The notes beneath the pieces are model-generated. The model was not told where the DNA came from. It did not search any database and saw nothing but the letters and a program-made list of their open reading frames with translations. Position numbers and translations under genes: made by a program. Source: Candidatus Thiodiazotropha sp. DIVDIV (GTDB taxonomy: Bacteria > Pseudomonadota > Gammaproteobacteria > Chromatiales > Chromatiaceae). Taken from it: DNA of 64,000 bases. Below, in pieces: positions 8,391 to 18,825 of the stretch. Where the stretch lies: assembly GCA_040506275.1 (NCBI GenBank), contig JBEVXD010000006.1, forward strand, positions 142,811-206,810, written 5' to 3'. The stretch's first letter is position 1. The number at the start of each line of letters is the position of its first letter.

Positions 8391-9788
8391 TTAAAAGATT
8401 CGGTTTAACCCGTTTAAGGCAGCCACACGATAGGCTTCTGCCATGGTAGGGTAGTTGAATGTTGTTTCTGCAAAATAGAGCAGACTGTTGGCTTCACCCT
8501 GCTGCGCCATAATGGCCTGCCCAATGTGGACAATCTCTGAAGACTGTTCGCCAAAACAGTGGATACCAAGGATCTCAAGGGTTTCACGATGAAATAGCAG
8601 TTTCAACATGCCCACATCATGACCGGTAATCTGAGCACGGGCGATGTTGCGAAAACTGGCCTGGCCTACCTCGTAAGGAATCTTGCTGGTAGTGAGTTCC
8701 CGCTCGGTACGGCCTAGAGAACTGATCTCAGGCAGGGTATAGATTCCAGTGGGGAAGTCATCGATGAGTTGCCAGTCTGCGCTGCCGGTAGCGATCTGTG
8801 CACCAACGAAACGACCCTGATCGTAGCTGGCACTGGCCAGGGCAGGGGGCCCCACCACATCACCAACAGCATAGATATGGGGTAGTGATGTGGCATAGGT
8901 TTTATCGATTTCGATCTGCCCGCGGTGGTTTACTGAGACTCCGATCTCTTCCAGCCCCATTTTCTCTGTATTACCACTGCGCCCATTCGCCCAGAGTAGT
9001 ACGTCGGTCTTGAATTTTTTACCCGACTTACAGTGGAGAACAACCCCGTCATCCATAGGCTCAACCTGCTCGTACTCCTCATCGTGGCGAATTACAGTTC
9101 CCTGATTACGCAGGTGGTAGCTGAGCGCATCGGTGATTTCATCATCCAGAAATGAGAGCAGACGGTCGCGGGTGTTGACCAGGTTAACTTTGACATCAAG
9201 GTTGCAGAAAATCGAAGCGTACTCACAGCCGATCACACCAGCACCATAGATGGTAATGGAGTCAGGCGTGCTGTCCATGCGCAGCACCGAGTCACTATCC
9301 AATACTCTGGGGTGGCTGAAATCGAGATCCTGAGGGTGGTAGGGTCGGGATCCGGTTGCAATCACAAAGTGATCTCCTGTGACCTCTTCACTGACCCCCC
9401 GATCCTGCATGATCTCCAGACGGTGAGTATCAATGAAACTTGCCCTGCCGTGAATCACCTCGATTCTGTTACGGGCATAGTGTCGCAGACGGCTACGCAC
9501 CTGTTCGCTGATGACCACACCGGTAGCCTGAAGCAGATCAGAATATTCAACTTGAATCTGATCCTGGGTATGTTGAAAGAGGGGGTTTTTACGATAGTCA
9601 CGCAGTAACTGAATGTTGTGTCGAAGTGCTTTAGAGGGGATCGTTCCCCAATGGGTACATCCACCGCCCACCTTGTCATGAGCCTCGATCACGGCTACTC
9701 GTTTGCCACTTTTGACCAGCTTCATCGCAGCCCCTTCACCACCAGGGCCACTGCCAATCACTACTACATCAAAATGCTTAGCACTCAT
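8391..9788 (-). CDS. sthA: Soluble pyridine nucleotide transhydrogenase
   Basis: 465 aa. It has an FAD-binding GSGPGG motif, the characteristic [17 protein letters not shown] segment and flavoprotein disulfide reductase architecture without the redox-active CxxxxC. Confidence 0.9.
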   Translation of the reverse strand: MSAKHFDVVVIGSGPGGEGAAMKLVKSGKRVAVIEAHDKVGGGCTHWGTIPSKALRHNIQLLRDYRKNPLFQHTQDQIQVEYSDLLQATGVVISEQVRSRLRHYARNRIEVIHGRASFIDTHRLEIMQDRGVSEEVTGDHFVIATGSRPYHPQDLDFSHPRVLDSDSVLRMDSTPDSITIYGAGVIGCEYASIFCNLDVKVNLVNTRDRLLSFLDDEITDALSYHLRNQGTVIRHDEEYEQVEPMDDGVVLHCKSGKKFKTDVLLWANGRSGNTEKMGLEEIGVSVNHRGQIEIDKTYATSLPHIYAVGDVVGPPALASASYDQGRFVGAQIATGSADWQLIDDFPTGIYTLPEISSLGRTERELTTSKIPYEVGQASFRNIARAQITGHDVGMLKLLFHRETLEILGIHCFGEQSSEIVHIGQAIMAQQGEANSLLYFAETTFNYPTMAEAYRVAALNGLNRIF

Positions 9789-9853
9789 TGCTACTCCGCT
9801 ATCGGTTCAGACTCTTTTGGCCACAGTCTATCAGTAATTTCGCGGCGCAGCAT

Positions 9854-10498
9854 TTACAGCAAAATCATAACAACCAGAGATTTAGGTCCATGGACGCCAT
9901 AAGCCAGTACCTGTTCAATGTCTGCGCTTTTTGAAGGGCCAGAGATTAAAAGGGCATTTGTTGGCATGTTGCTGGCCCACTGTTGTTGATTTATCAACTC
10001 ACTGAAGGTAGCAAAGATCTGGTCTGCATCCAGCAGAACAATATGTAGTGGAGGCACCAAAGACATCAGACGGGGTTCCTCGATAGAGGGCCACAATGCG
10101 ACCGATCCGGTTTCCGCAATCCCACCCACAGCACTGGTCACAGCGGCATCTGTTTCATGGAATAAGTCTGCTTTCCAGTTTTCGACAGCTGATTCATAGG
10201 TCAGCAAATCAACATTCGGCGGAGGTGATTTCTGGATTCTGTTGCCTGGCCAGGTCGCTGGTCCGATCAAGAGACTCTTCACCTGATGCTCTTTCACAAC
10301 TGAATTAAAAGCGTTTGGCCAATCATCCTTGTCTACGATTCTGACTTCGCCATGAACAGCTTCCATCATGGCGCTGAATTGCTCGATCAGAGATGCTTGT
10401 GAGGGGTGCTCGCAAGCGGACGGGGCAGGTATAGGTTTTGGCGATCGGCTGGATGTTCTACCAAGACGTTGCAGGATTTGATCTCGTGCATCACTCAT
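9854..10498 (-). CDS. lutC: Lactate utilisation protein C (LUD/DUF162 domain)
   Basis: It is the last gene of a lutA-lutB-lutC arrangement and resembles the LUD domain. The start is placed at MSDARDQIL, overlapping the lutB stop. Confidence 0.75.
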   Translation of the reverse strand: MSDARDQILQRLGRTSSRSPKPIPAPSACEHPSQASLIEQFSAMMEAVHGEVRIVDKDDWPNAFNSVVKEHQVKSLLIGPATWPGNRIQKSPPPNVDLLTYESAVENWKADLFHETDAAVTSAVGGIAETGSVALWPSIEEPRLMSLVPPLHIVLLDADQIFATFSELINQQQWASNMPTNALLISGPSKSADIEQVLAYGVHGPKSLVVMILL

Positions 10499-11900
10499 TC
10501 TCATAACCCTCACGGCGTGCCAATTCATGTAAGGTTTTGGGGGATGGTATCGGAATGGTGCGATAACGGCTCCATACACCGATGCTCTTTGGCGTCATGA
10601 ATCTGAAACGGCTCAAAATGTAGGTGTAGAAGTGATAGAGACTGGCGTGACGGTGGAGTAGTTTCCAGAATTGCCATACCAGTGATTCAGCGATATTACG
10701 CAGAGAGCCACCACCTTTAATACGCTGGCTCTTTTTTAGAGTCACAGACTCTGCCCGTATCTGGTTTATCAGCTTCGGCAGAGGTATCTGTACCGGGCAG
10801 ACTTCACCACATGCTCCACAGAGGGTGCAGGCAGATGCAAGGCTCCCGGCCTTGTCGATCCCCAGACGCTGGGGCTCCAATACACTACCGATAGGGCCGG
10901 GATAGGTTGTGCCGTAAGCGTGCCCGCCAACCTGAACATAGACTGGGCAATGGTTGATGCAGGCGCCGCAACGAATACATTGCAGTGTATCGGTCAGTTC
11001 CTCATCCATATGGATCTGTGAACGACCATTATCCAGCAGGATAAGATGGACTTCAGTGGGGCCATCCAACTCGCCACTTTTCCGAGGTGCGCTGATCATA
11101 TTGAAATAGGTGGTGATCGGCTGCCCAGTTGCAGAGCGGGGCAGCAGGCTCAGCAGGGGAGGAATATCAGAGAGTTTTTCAACTACCTTTTCAATTCCGG
11201 TAACTGCAATGTGGAGCGGAGGGACTGTGGTACACATCCTGCCATTGCCTTCATTCTCTACCAGGCAGAGTGTGCCTGTCTCAGCGATCGCAAAGTTAAC
11301 CCCGGAAATACCTGCATCAGCCTGTTCGAATTTGTTCCTGAGGATGCGCCGGGCGTTCTGGGTCAGTTCATCCACATCCTCAGTAAAGGGTATTTCAGGG
11401 AAGTGTTTGTGAAGCAGAGAGGCTATCTCTTGTCGGTTCTTATGCACTGCAGGTACGACAATATGGGAGGGTGTCTCACCTGCCAGCTGAATAATGAATT
11501 CCCCCAGGTCACTTTCCAGAACTTCAAAACCTTGTTTCTCCAGGTGGTGGTTAAGTTCGATCTCCTCAGTGACCATCGACTTTCCTTTGACCACACGTTT
11601 TGCGTTATGGTGTTTAAGGATAGTCTCCACTTGGCGGTTGGCCTGATCCGGAGTTTCCGCCCAATGTACTTGAATTCCATTGGCTTCAAGACTCTGTTCA
11701 AGGCGGACTAATAGTTCTGGTAAAGATTTTAAGGCATTACTACGAATAGCATCACCAGAGACTCGTAATGATGCAAGCTGTTGCGGGTCAGGGAATTGAG
11801 CCGCCCGCTTGGCCATGAAACCTTCCATTGCTGAACGGAAGTTTTTTCGACCCTGCTGGTTACTCAATGCAATGCGAATGCGTTGATGAAACTCAGTCAT
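10491..11900 (-). CDS. lutB: Lactate utilisation iron-sulfur protein B
   Basis: Two 4Fe-4S motifs (CIRCGACINHCP, CTLCGACGEVCP) accompany a DUF162/LUD region. ATG at 11900 (MTEFHQRI) overlaps the lutA stop by 8 nt. Confidence 0.85.
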   Translation of the reverse strand: MTEFHQRIRIALSNQQGRKNFRSAMEGFMAKRAAQFPDPQQLASLRVSGDAIRSNALKSLPELLVRLEQSLEANGIQVHWAETPDQANRQVETILKHHNAKRVVKGKSMVTEEIELNHHLEKQGFEVLESDLGEFIIQLAGETPSHIVVPAVHKNRQEIASLLHKHFPEIPFTEDVDELTQNARRILRNKFEQADAGISGVNFAIAETGTLCLVENEGNGRMCTTVPPLHIAVTGIEKVVEKLSDIPPLLSLLPRSATGQPITTYFNMISAPRKSGELDGPTEVHLILLDNGRSQIHMDEELTDTLQCIRCGACINHCPVYVQVGGHAYGTTYPGPIGSVLEPQRLGIDKAGSLASACTLCGACGEVCPVQIPLPKLINQIRAESVTLKKSQRIKGGGSLRNIAESLVWQFWKLLHRHASLYHFYTYILSRFRFMTPKSIGVWSRYRTIPIPSPKTLHELARREGYENE

Positions 11901-12639
11901 CTGTGTCACAAGTACGCTCCCAAATAAACTCAGCAATATGTAATGTGCGTATCTCTGACTGACGTTTTTCCAGGGCACATCCAATGTTCATCAGGCAGCC
12001 ACAATCCTGGCTGACCAAAGTTGCAACCCCAGTCTCCTCGATTGCTTGGCATTTGTCGTTGACTATGGCGCCAGAAATGTCTCCCTGTTTGATTGCAAAA
12101 CTGCCACCGAAACCACAGCACTCCTTTTTACGATCATGTTCTACTACTTCAACCTGATTCAACTGTCCGATCAGTTGTTTGATATGTTTTGCGACGCCCA
12201 TCTCCCTTCTTGCTGAGCAAGAAGTATGCACAGCAATGTTCATCTGTGAACCTTTGTCAGTAAGTTCTAACTTTAAAACATCCACAAGGAACTCAGTCAG
12301 TTCATAGACTCGGTCTGAAGCTGCTAAGGCCTCTGCTTCATCTGGTTCACCAGAGAACAGTTCGGGCCAATGATGTTTGATCATCCCGGCACAAGAACCT
12401 GATGGAACAACAATCGGTATAGGTCTTTTAAAGCTGCCTAATTGTTGACGGGCAACATCAAGCGCTTCTGCACGATAACCGGAATTGAATGCAGGTTGAC
12501 CGCAACAGGTTTGCTGTTGGGGAAAGATAATCTCTACTCCAGCATTGCTTATCAGCTTCATTGCTGAGAGGCCCGCATTGGGATAGAGCATATCGATAAG
12601 GCAGGTGCCGTAAAAATAGATTGTGTCGGGGTGCTGCAA
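11893..12639 (-). CDS. lutA: Lactate utilisation protein A (CCG-domain Fe-S oxidoreductase)
   Basis: YFYGTCLIDMLYP...QQTCCGQPAFNSGY and a second CCG motif (ECCGFGGSF) are typical of LutA/GlpC-like proteins. Confidence 0.85.
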   Translation of the reverse strand: MQHPDTIYFYGTCLIDMLYPNAGLSAMKLISNAGVEIIFPQQQTCCGQPAFNSGYRAEALDVARQQLGSFKRPIPIVVPSGSCAGMIKHHWPELFSGEPDEAEALAASDRVYELTEFLVDVLKLELTDKGSQMNIAVHTSCSARREMGVAKHIKQLIGQLNQVEVVEHDRKKECCGFGGSFAIKQGDISGAIVNDKCQAIEETGVATLVSQDCGCLMNIGCALEKRQSEIRTLHIAEFIWERTCDTDD

Positions 12640-13193
12640 CAGCCTTCTCCGTCAATGTATCTATGAGTGGTTGTGTGCCATTCCCGGCAAGGTGCCCCTT
12701 GCCTTGGACCAGTAGCGGGATTCTGAGAGTTACCCATATCCCACACGGCCCACTAGTGAGATAGTCGATTTAATTGACAGTTTAGACTGAAATCATTGTC
12801 AGGTCGCCATACAAAGCTTACTAACAAACAAGCCACAGCAGGGTGGGCCGCTTCTTTTTTTTCTCCCCACAAGTCTGTTTCCATCAAAGAGACCATGCAT
12901 AATCGGTAGGGCGGATAAGCGAAGTATATCCACCAATTTTTCCGGTATTTCAGATGGTTAACAGTATACTTGTAGCTGAGTACCCTCATTGTTTAGTACT
13001 TGAAGTACAGAATTGAGATTAGGAATCAAAACAAACATAGGCATAGGTTGCCAGCATTTGCTGAGGATAGGGAGTGATCAGCTACTTGTATATGAATCCT
13101 GGCTACCGTGCTTTCGTACAGGTTGTGCGGCTATGGATGTTTTTGTTGAATAGTTATTAAAAGGGATGGAAGCAAAACCATTCACTATTAAGG

Positions 13194-15152
13194 TTATCTC
13201 TTAGCGTTTTTGGATCTAAGGCAGAATTCCATGAATCCATCAAGTCCCATCGCTGGCGCTATCAACTCACCTTGTACAATATCGCATTCATAAACTTTAA
13301 GTTTATCTAAGGTTTGTTGTTCCTCGACGCCTTCTGCGACAATTTTGAAACCCAGTTTTCTAGCCATACTAATTGTCCCCTCAACGATGATTGCATCAAT
13401 CCTCTCACTGGATATGTCTTTAACCAGCATTCGATCAATCTTAATCACGTCAATGGGTAGATTTTTTATATACGCAAGAGATGATTGTCCAGTACCGAAA
13501 TCGTCAATCGCCAGTGAGAATCCTGCCTGGCGCAGTTGATTCAGTTTCTTTATCGTTTCGTCCAGATCCAGCAACAGCGCATGTTCTGTTACTTCCAAGG
13601 TCAGGCGTTTGGGTTCAATGGCATGATTGTGAATGGTTGCCAGAATATTTCTGACAAAGTCTTGATCAGAAAACTGAAGCGGACTGACATTAATGGAGAA
13701 CATGAAGTCACTATCTACCAATCCTGAATTTATCAGGGTATTGATATGCTGACAGACCTGTTCCAGTACCTGTTTGCCCAGCTGAATGATGAGCCCACTC
13801 TGCTCTGCATGTTCTATGAAGCTATCTGGTGCTACCAGACCGTCTTGCGGGTGATGCCAGCGAACCAGGGCTTCAGCGCCAACCATATTTCCTTCAATGG
13901 AGACTAATGGTTGATAATGCAGAACCAATTCATCATCTTTCAGCGCATTGCGCAGCCCCTGTTCAAGTGTCATCAGCAGATTAGCCTTCTCTTGCATATC
14001 CGGGCTATAGAGACTCACGTTGTTACGGCCGAAAGATTTTGCCTGATACATGGCAAAATCAGCACGTTTCAACAGATCATTCGGATTATCTGCGTGAACC
14101 GGGAAAAGTGCGATGCCAATACTTGCTGACATATGAATCTCTTTGTCACCAAGCTGAAAAGGATGTGTAAGGGCCTCTTGAATTTTTTGGGTTTTATCTT
14201 CGGCCAGTTTGATAGCCTCGGGCTCCTGATCGGCAACCTCTGGCATCAGCAATACGAATTCATCGCCGCCAAGACGTGTTGCGGTGTCCTCTTCACTGAG
14301 GCAGTGATTTAACCTGAAAGCCAACTGTTTGAGCAGTTCATCACCTTGTTGGTGTCCCATCGAGTCATTTAAGGTTTTGAAGTTGTCCAGATCGAGAAAG
14401 ATCAGAGCACCGATATGTGAGTGATGTACAGAGCGGGAGATATCCTTGGTCAATCGTTCGATCAGCAGGCGTCGATTGGGTAGATTGGTCAGAGCATCAT
14501 GATAGGCCAGGTGTTCAATGATCTTACGTGAATGCTGTTGCCTGATACTCATTGACAGCGCTTCATACAAGTTTCGGTGAATGCGTATTGCTCCGACACT
14601 CATTACGATCAGGAACACGCAGGTCATTATGCCTAGTCCAATATTTGCCGGACCACCAAAAGAGAACAATCGAGCCAGTAGTGGGATAATGACCAGCAAC
14701 ATATACCCAAGTGAAGCTGGAAGTAGTGAGGCTTGCGAGACAACCCCACCAGCGGCCATACCAATTAAGGCAGCAATGATGATGGTTTGGTGAAACTGCT
14801 GATCCATAGGGACCAGCAGAAAGGCTGCTGATCCCCAGATAACACCTGAGGCCAGGGTGCCTGATATGGCACGCTGTCGCCAAATCTTCAAGGAACCTTC
14901 TTCAGATTTTCGGGCTTTATAGATACGGTAGCTGTAATAACGATATAGACTGAGTGTCAGCATGGCGAGAAACCAGCTGACCAGTATCTCCGTACGTATC
15001 ACAGACCACTGGGCGATCACGATTATTACGGTATTAACCATAATCGCGATCAGAGCTGACGGTAGACCTGCGTAAGACAACTCCACTTGGCGTTGACTAA
15101 TGCGGGCTTCCAAGTCAGCTGGATCGATGGGTGATGAGTCTGTGTATTGCAT
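13194..15152 (-). CDS. Integral-membrane GGDEF-EAL c-di-GMP signalling protein
   Basis: 652 aa. The first ~200 aa are multi-TM, followed by a GGDEF motif (RLGGDEFVL) and EAL motifs (EALVRW, LEVTEH, DDFGTGQSSLAYI). Confidence 0.9.
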   Translation of the reverse strand: MQYTDSSPIDPADLEARISQRQVELSYAGLPSALIAIMVNTVIIVIAQWSVIRTEILVSWFLAMLTLSLYRYYSYRIYKARKSEEGSLKIWRQRAISGTLASGVIWGSAAFLLVPMDQQFHQTIIIAALIGMAAGGVVSQASLLPASLGYMLLVIIPLLARLFSFGGPANIGLGIMTCVFLIVMSVGAIRIHRNLYEALSMSIRQQHSRKIIEHLAYHDALTNLPNRRLLIERLTKDISRSVHHSHIGALIFLDLDNFKTLNDSMGHQQGDELLKQLAFRLNHCLSEEDTATRLGGDEFVLLMPEVADQEPEAIKLAEDKTQKIQEALTHPFQLGDKEIHMSASIGIALFPVHADNPNDLLKRADFAMYQAKSFGRNNVSLYSPDMQEKANLLMTLEQGLRNALKDDELVLHYQPLVSIEGNMVGAEALVRWHHPQDGLVAPDSFIEHAEQSGLIIQLGKQVLEQVCQHINTLINSGLVDSDFMFSINVSPLQFSDQDFVRNILATIHNHAIEPKRLTLEVTEHALLLDLDETIKKLNQLRQAGFSLAIDDFGTGQSSLAYIKNLPIDVIKIDRMLVKDISSERIDAIIVEGTISMARKLGFKIVAEGVEEQQTLDKLKVYECDIVQGELIAPAMGLDGFMEFCLRSKNAKR

Positions 15153-15641
15153 GGCTATAATTACAGCTGTTAACCAGCTTGAAGTTCTGCTGGTCGTTGT
15201 TGGATTTCGATTATATTAAGCTGAAAAATATTAATTATTACAAAGGCTTGTAAAAAACAATAACCCATAAATGAAGAGTAGGCAGAAATTGTGTCAGAGC
15301 AAGAGTGATATACGCATGACATATGCCTTGGGAGCTATTCTTTATTTTATGACTGCGATCATGTCAGATATCCGGATATTAAGGAACCACTAAACCTTGT
15401 AACCATATTGAGAACTATCTTGTATTCGGGGTTTAGAGCAGACCTGTTCGGACGAATCGGGCTAATCAATGCATACCCTGTTAGTTTCCATGGTCAAGGG
15501 TATCAGCCGTAAATTCTGATCTCCTGTAACTGTTTATTTTACCTGATTACTCTCCATACTCAGCTCAAAGAACCTAAACTTTGATGTCTGGGTGTTGCAG
15601 GTGGCTGTTCATTCAAATCAGACGCACTGTTTTTAGTCCAC

Positions 15642-15706
15642 TTGGTGGGGCATGGCCCCACCCTACCTGTTTAGATGAGGTGTAGGGTGGGGCCATGCCC
15701 CACCAA
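15642..15706. repeat. Inverted pair of REP-like palindromes (GGTGGGGCATGGCCCCACCCTAC family)
   Basis: TTGGTGGGGCATGGCCCCACCCTAC-N16-GTAGGGTGGGGCCATGCCCCACCAA. The same unit occurs three times in the 5914-6966 array. Confidence 0.85.
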
Positions 15707-16019
15707 AGAAGGCGAACAAACGACAAGAAGCCACATCTAACATGTTAGGGTCAATTCGTTATTCTGCAGCTGACTATTGAGCGCAATCAAGTATTTTTAT
15801 ATCCATTCACTTAGGTGCTCAATAAAGCTGCACTGGTGGCACTCTTAATTTGAGTAATTCAGGATATGCCGTAAATCTAAAGTGATAAGTCTCTTAAACC
15901 TTAAGAGAATCTTAATATTTATACACTATTTTTTTCTGATCACACTCCAAAAAAAAGCGGCCAAAAGAATAATTGGAGTGATGATTTATCAAACAAATAA
16001 TAACAGACAGGAGAATAAT

Positions 16020-16928
16020 ATGAGAAGCCGGATACTCAGCAGCAAAAACCTATTCACACTCTCATCCATTTTATGCACCATTGGCCTCGGCTACACCACA
16101 CAGATTAGCGCGGCAGAGGGGGATTCGGATGGAAACCGCTACTATCTGCAGCGTTATTACAATCAGGATATCAGTGCTGCTCGTGCCTATTTAGGGATGC
16201 TCGGTAAGCATCAGGATGATGAGAGAGAAGAGCGTGACAGTCGAGGCAAAAAGGATGAAAAGTTTGAAAAACTGACCATTATTGATGTCAGAGATGCCAC
16301 TGAATATCGTATGGGACACCCCAAGAAGGCTATACACATGCCATACCCCCGTATCTATCGTGAGTGTGTAGATGGCTTGCGTACAGAGGATGGTGCTTGC
16401 TCATCGGGTACTGTCTATCAGGTAACACAAGATCCTGAAGATCTTTTTCTACAGGTAGAGGATAAAATTTCCGATAAGGAGACCCCGATTGCAACATTGT
16501 GTCGAACAGGCTTTCGTAGCGTGTTGGCGGGCAATATTCTATCCAAACCTACAACCATCTGTGATCTCAAAGGGTATGCTGACGCAGAGTATGATCAATG
16601 TGTGGATAGATACGCAGGTCGAGGTTATATGAATGTGGTCAATATTTGGCAAGGGTTTGTCGGTCAACCCATGTCAGGTGTTGTCAGTAGTGGAGGTAAA
16701 CGCTATGTGGTTGGCGATGATCAGGCATTGACTGATCTAACGCTGAATGATGGTTCTGCTGCCAAGGGCTTTGTTGCCTTCGATCTGGACTTGAACAACG
16801 ATGAAGCTATCAGTGCCGACGATAAGGATGGTTGGCGGTATCACCAAGGTTTGCCATTTGATACCAAGATGAAGAAGAAGCGTATTAATGAAGTTGCTGA
16901 TAGCATGGGTTATTACGACCTGCCTTAA
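16020..16928 (+). CDS. Secreted rhodanese-domain protein
   Basis: ATG at 16020 follows AGGAG. The signal peptide is MRSRILSSKNLFTLSSILCTIGLGYTTQISA. The rhodanese-like core is IIDVRDATEYRMGHP...CRTGFRS (active-site Cys loop). Confidence 0.7.
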   Translation: MRSRILSSKNLFTLSSILCTIGLGYTTQISAAEGDSDGNRYYLQRYYNQDISAARAYLGMLGKHQDDEREERDSRGKKDEKFEKLTIIDVRDATEYRMGHPKKAIHMPYPRIYRECVDGLRTEDGACSSGTVYQVTQDPEDLFLQVEDKISDKETPIATLCRTGFRSVLAGNILSKPTTICDLKGYADAEYDQCVDRYAGRGYMNVVNIWQGFVGQPMSGVVSSGGKRYVVGDDQALTDLTLNDGSAAKGFVAFDLDLNNDEAISADDKDGWRYHQGLPFDTKMKKKRINEVADSMGYYDLP

Positions 16929-17100
16929 AAATTGTATTGCTATCTTAATCGGTAGAGTCGCAATCAGATATTGTTGTGGCTCTACCGGAGGCGAATTAGA
17001 GTGATTGGTATGAGTTATGGGAGAAGAGATTACACTTAACTTTCTACTCGCTGTTAATCGATTTACTTGAGTTGAGTCATAAGCTCTATTCACACCATGA

Positions 17101-17186
17101 CCAGGCTTGAAACCCCTAACAATATGTTTTTTAAAAGAGAGGCACACTTCGGCTGAAGGCAACATACTTAGTCGCCGGGTTAATAA
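17101..17186. repeat. Short copy of MITE-like family B
   Basis: CCAGGCTTGAAACCCCTAACAATATG...CACTTCGGCTGAAGGCAACATACTTAGTCGCCGGGTTAATAA is the reverse complement of the ends of the 63288-63571 element. Confidence 0.6.
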
Positions 17187-17247
17187 TAAATCATTTTCGA
17201 CATCTACCTCAATTGTTGATTATCACGAAACTAACATTGAGTAATGC

Positions 17248-17889
17248 TCATTCCCAAGGAGGAAATTGCCCCTCTTCTGAGAGGGCATTCATCTGGTTAA
17301 CCATCTCCTTCATGAATAGTTTGCGGTCACCCTGCCAATGTAATGCTTCCCCAACAAAAACATCACAGAAAAATGGCACAAGAACGAAGTCGCCTTTTGG
17401 CAGAGCCATCCCAAGTCCATGCAGGTAGACCGGTATAATTGGTACTTCAGGTCGACGTTGTGCGATATGCGCGATTCCAGTTTTGAAGCGTCCCAGCTGT
17501 TCAGGTTTGCCACGACTGCCTTCGGGAAACAGAATCAGTATATCGCCACTATCGAGTGCAGTAATAACTTCTGCCAATGGATCGTCATGACTGCTCTTGA
17601 TTGATCGTCGTAGCGGAATGATGCCAATTATTTTTAGTGCAAACCAAGCAAGCCAACGATTTTTCAAAAAATAATCCATTGCAGCGACAGGGCGTATTTT
17701 TGACAGCAGTCGTAACGGTAGTAGTGACATCAATACAATGGTGTCGAGATGGCTGTTGTGGTTGGCAATGATAATGGCTGGCCCTTCTGCTGGTAAATAC
17801 ATTTTCCTACGCACATTGAGTCCAAGGACGATGAGCACCAGCGGTTTGACAATCAGAATAAAGAAAAGAAACTGCAACAGTCTGCTCAT
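17248..17889 (-). CDS. Lysophospholipid (1-acyl-sn-glycerol-3-phosphate type) acyltransferase
   Basis: It has the HX4D motif NHNSHLDT and the downstream FPEGSRG motif of PlsC-family acyltransferases. Confidence 0.8.
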   Translation of the reverse strand: MSRLLQFLFFILIVKPLVLIVLGLNVRRKMYLPAEGPAIIIANHNSHLDTIVLMSLLPLRLLSKIRPVAAMDYFLKNRWLAWFALKIIGIIPLRRSIKSSHDDPLAEVITALDSGDILILFPEGSRGKPEQLGRFKTGIAHIAQRRPEVPIIPVYLHGLGMALPKGDFVLVPFFCDVFVGEALHWQGDRKLFMKEMVNQMNALSEEGQFPPWE

Positions 17890-17895
17890 GAGAAC

Positions 17896-18825
17896 TCAGT
17901 AATGCAGATAGTAGATAAAATGGAAGAAGAGAGGGGCAGCAAAAGTCAGGCTATCAACTCGATCCATAATGCCTCCATGCCCAGGAATGAGCGCACCACT
18001 GTCCTTTACACCAATGTCGCGTTTGATTGCCGATACAACCACATCACCAAGAAATCCACCCAACCCGATCAACAGACCAGCACCTAATGCTTCGATAGTG
18101 TCGAGAGGTGTGAGGTAGGGTGCAATCAACCAGGAAGCGAGTACCGAGGTCAACACCCCACCTAGTAAACCTTCGATGGTCTTTTTGGGGCTGACTTTGG
18201 GTACCACCGGATGTTTTCCAAACAGTTTGCCCCAGGTGAACTGGGCCACGTCATTAAACTGGGTAAGAAAGACCAGAAAAAATAGCAGGCCTGCACCACC
18301 GGCCGGATTGTTTTCACCAGGCAGGGCAAGCAGAAATGCCGCATGACTCAGACTGAATACCGTGGTCATCAGCCCCCAATGAAGTGTCCCCGCCGCTTTG
18401 AGAAAACCATCTGTCCTACCTGCGAGTACCATGCGGGCAGGTATCAATAGAAACATATACACCGGTATAAAGATGATAAACATGCCATACCAGCCAACCG
18501 ATACCCAGAAGAATTGTATTGGGATTGCAACAAAGGCCCAGAAAATAACCCGTCGATCAGCCTGACGGGTCGGGATCATCGAAAGAAACTCTTTAAACGC
18601 CAGAAAAGAGATAAAGGCGAGGAAGACAATTGAGATGGTGGTTGACACAGCGATAGCTAAGGTAAAGATCGCTACCATGATCCACCAGGATTTTATTCGA
18701 TCTCCGAGTTCTTGATAGTCAGAACCGGTTCGACTTTTCAGTATCCGGACAAGGAGACTTGAAAAAATTAGTAAACCATAGACGCCAGCTAATGCCCAGA
18801 TAACTTGAGTGGAGAGGTTGCTCAC
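17896..18825 (-). CDS. Phosphatidate cytidylyltransferase family protein (CdsA paralogue)
   Basis: It is multi-TM with the C-terminal CdsA signature SAIKRDIGVKDSGALIPGHGGIMDRVDS. The likely GTG start at 18825 overlaps the upstream TGA (GTGA) and follows GGGAGAGAG. Confidence 0.8.
   Translation of the reverse strand: MSNLSTQVIWALAGVYGLLIFSSLLVRILKSRTGSDYQELGDRIKSWWIMVAIFTLAIAVSTTISIVFLAFISFLAFKEFLSMIPTRQADRRVIFWAFVAIPIQFFWVSVGWYGMFIIFIPVYMFLLIPARMVLAGRTDGFLKAAGTLHWGLMTTVFSLSHAAFLLALPGENNPAGGAGLLFFLVFLTQFNDVAQFTWGKLFGKHPVVPKVSPKKTIEGLLGGVLTSVLASWLIAPYLTPLDTIEALGAGLLIGLGGFLGDVVVSAIKRDIGVKDSGALIPGHGGIMDRVDSLTFAAPLFFHFIYYLHY

Noticed and set aside
11046-11711. 221-aa ORF antisense to lutB
   Set aside because: It lies wholly inside a gene with clear 4Fe-4S and LUD motifs. 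It has no recognisable motifs of its own and is a typical shadow ORF in GC-balanced DNA.
15882-16019. N-terminal extensions in the ORF track. Examples are 15882 for the rhodanese gene, 40616 for M23, 41538 for tolC, 44039 for MFS, 50093 for asd, 51542 for fimV, 54436 for truA, 35925 for LysR and 34953 for DUF1059.
   Set aside because: In each case an internal ATG with a Shine-Dalgarno sequence, and/or the canonical family N-terminus or signal peptide, lies downstream. The extensions overlap upstream genes or are AT-rich nonsense.
16737-17165. 142-aa minus-strand ORF overlapping the 3' end of the rhodanese gene and the family B repeat
   Set aside because: It overlaps a supported gene and a repeat and has no recognisable features.
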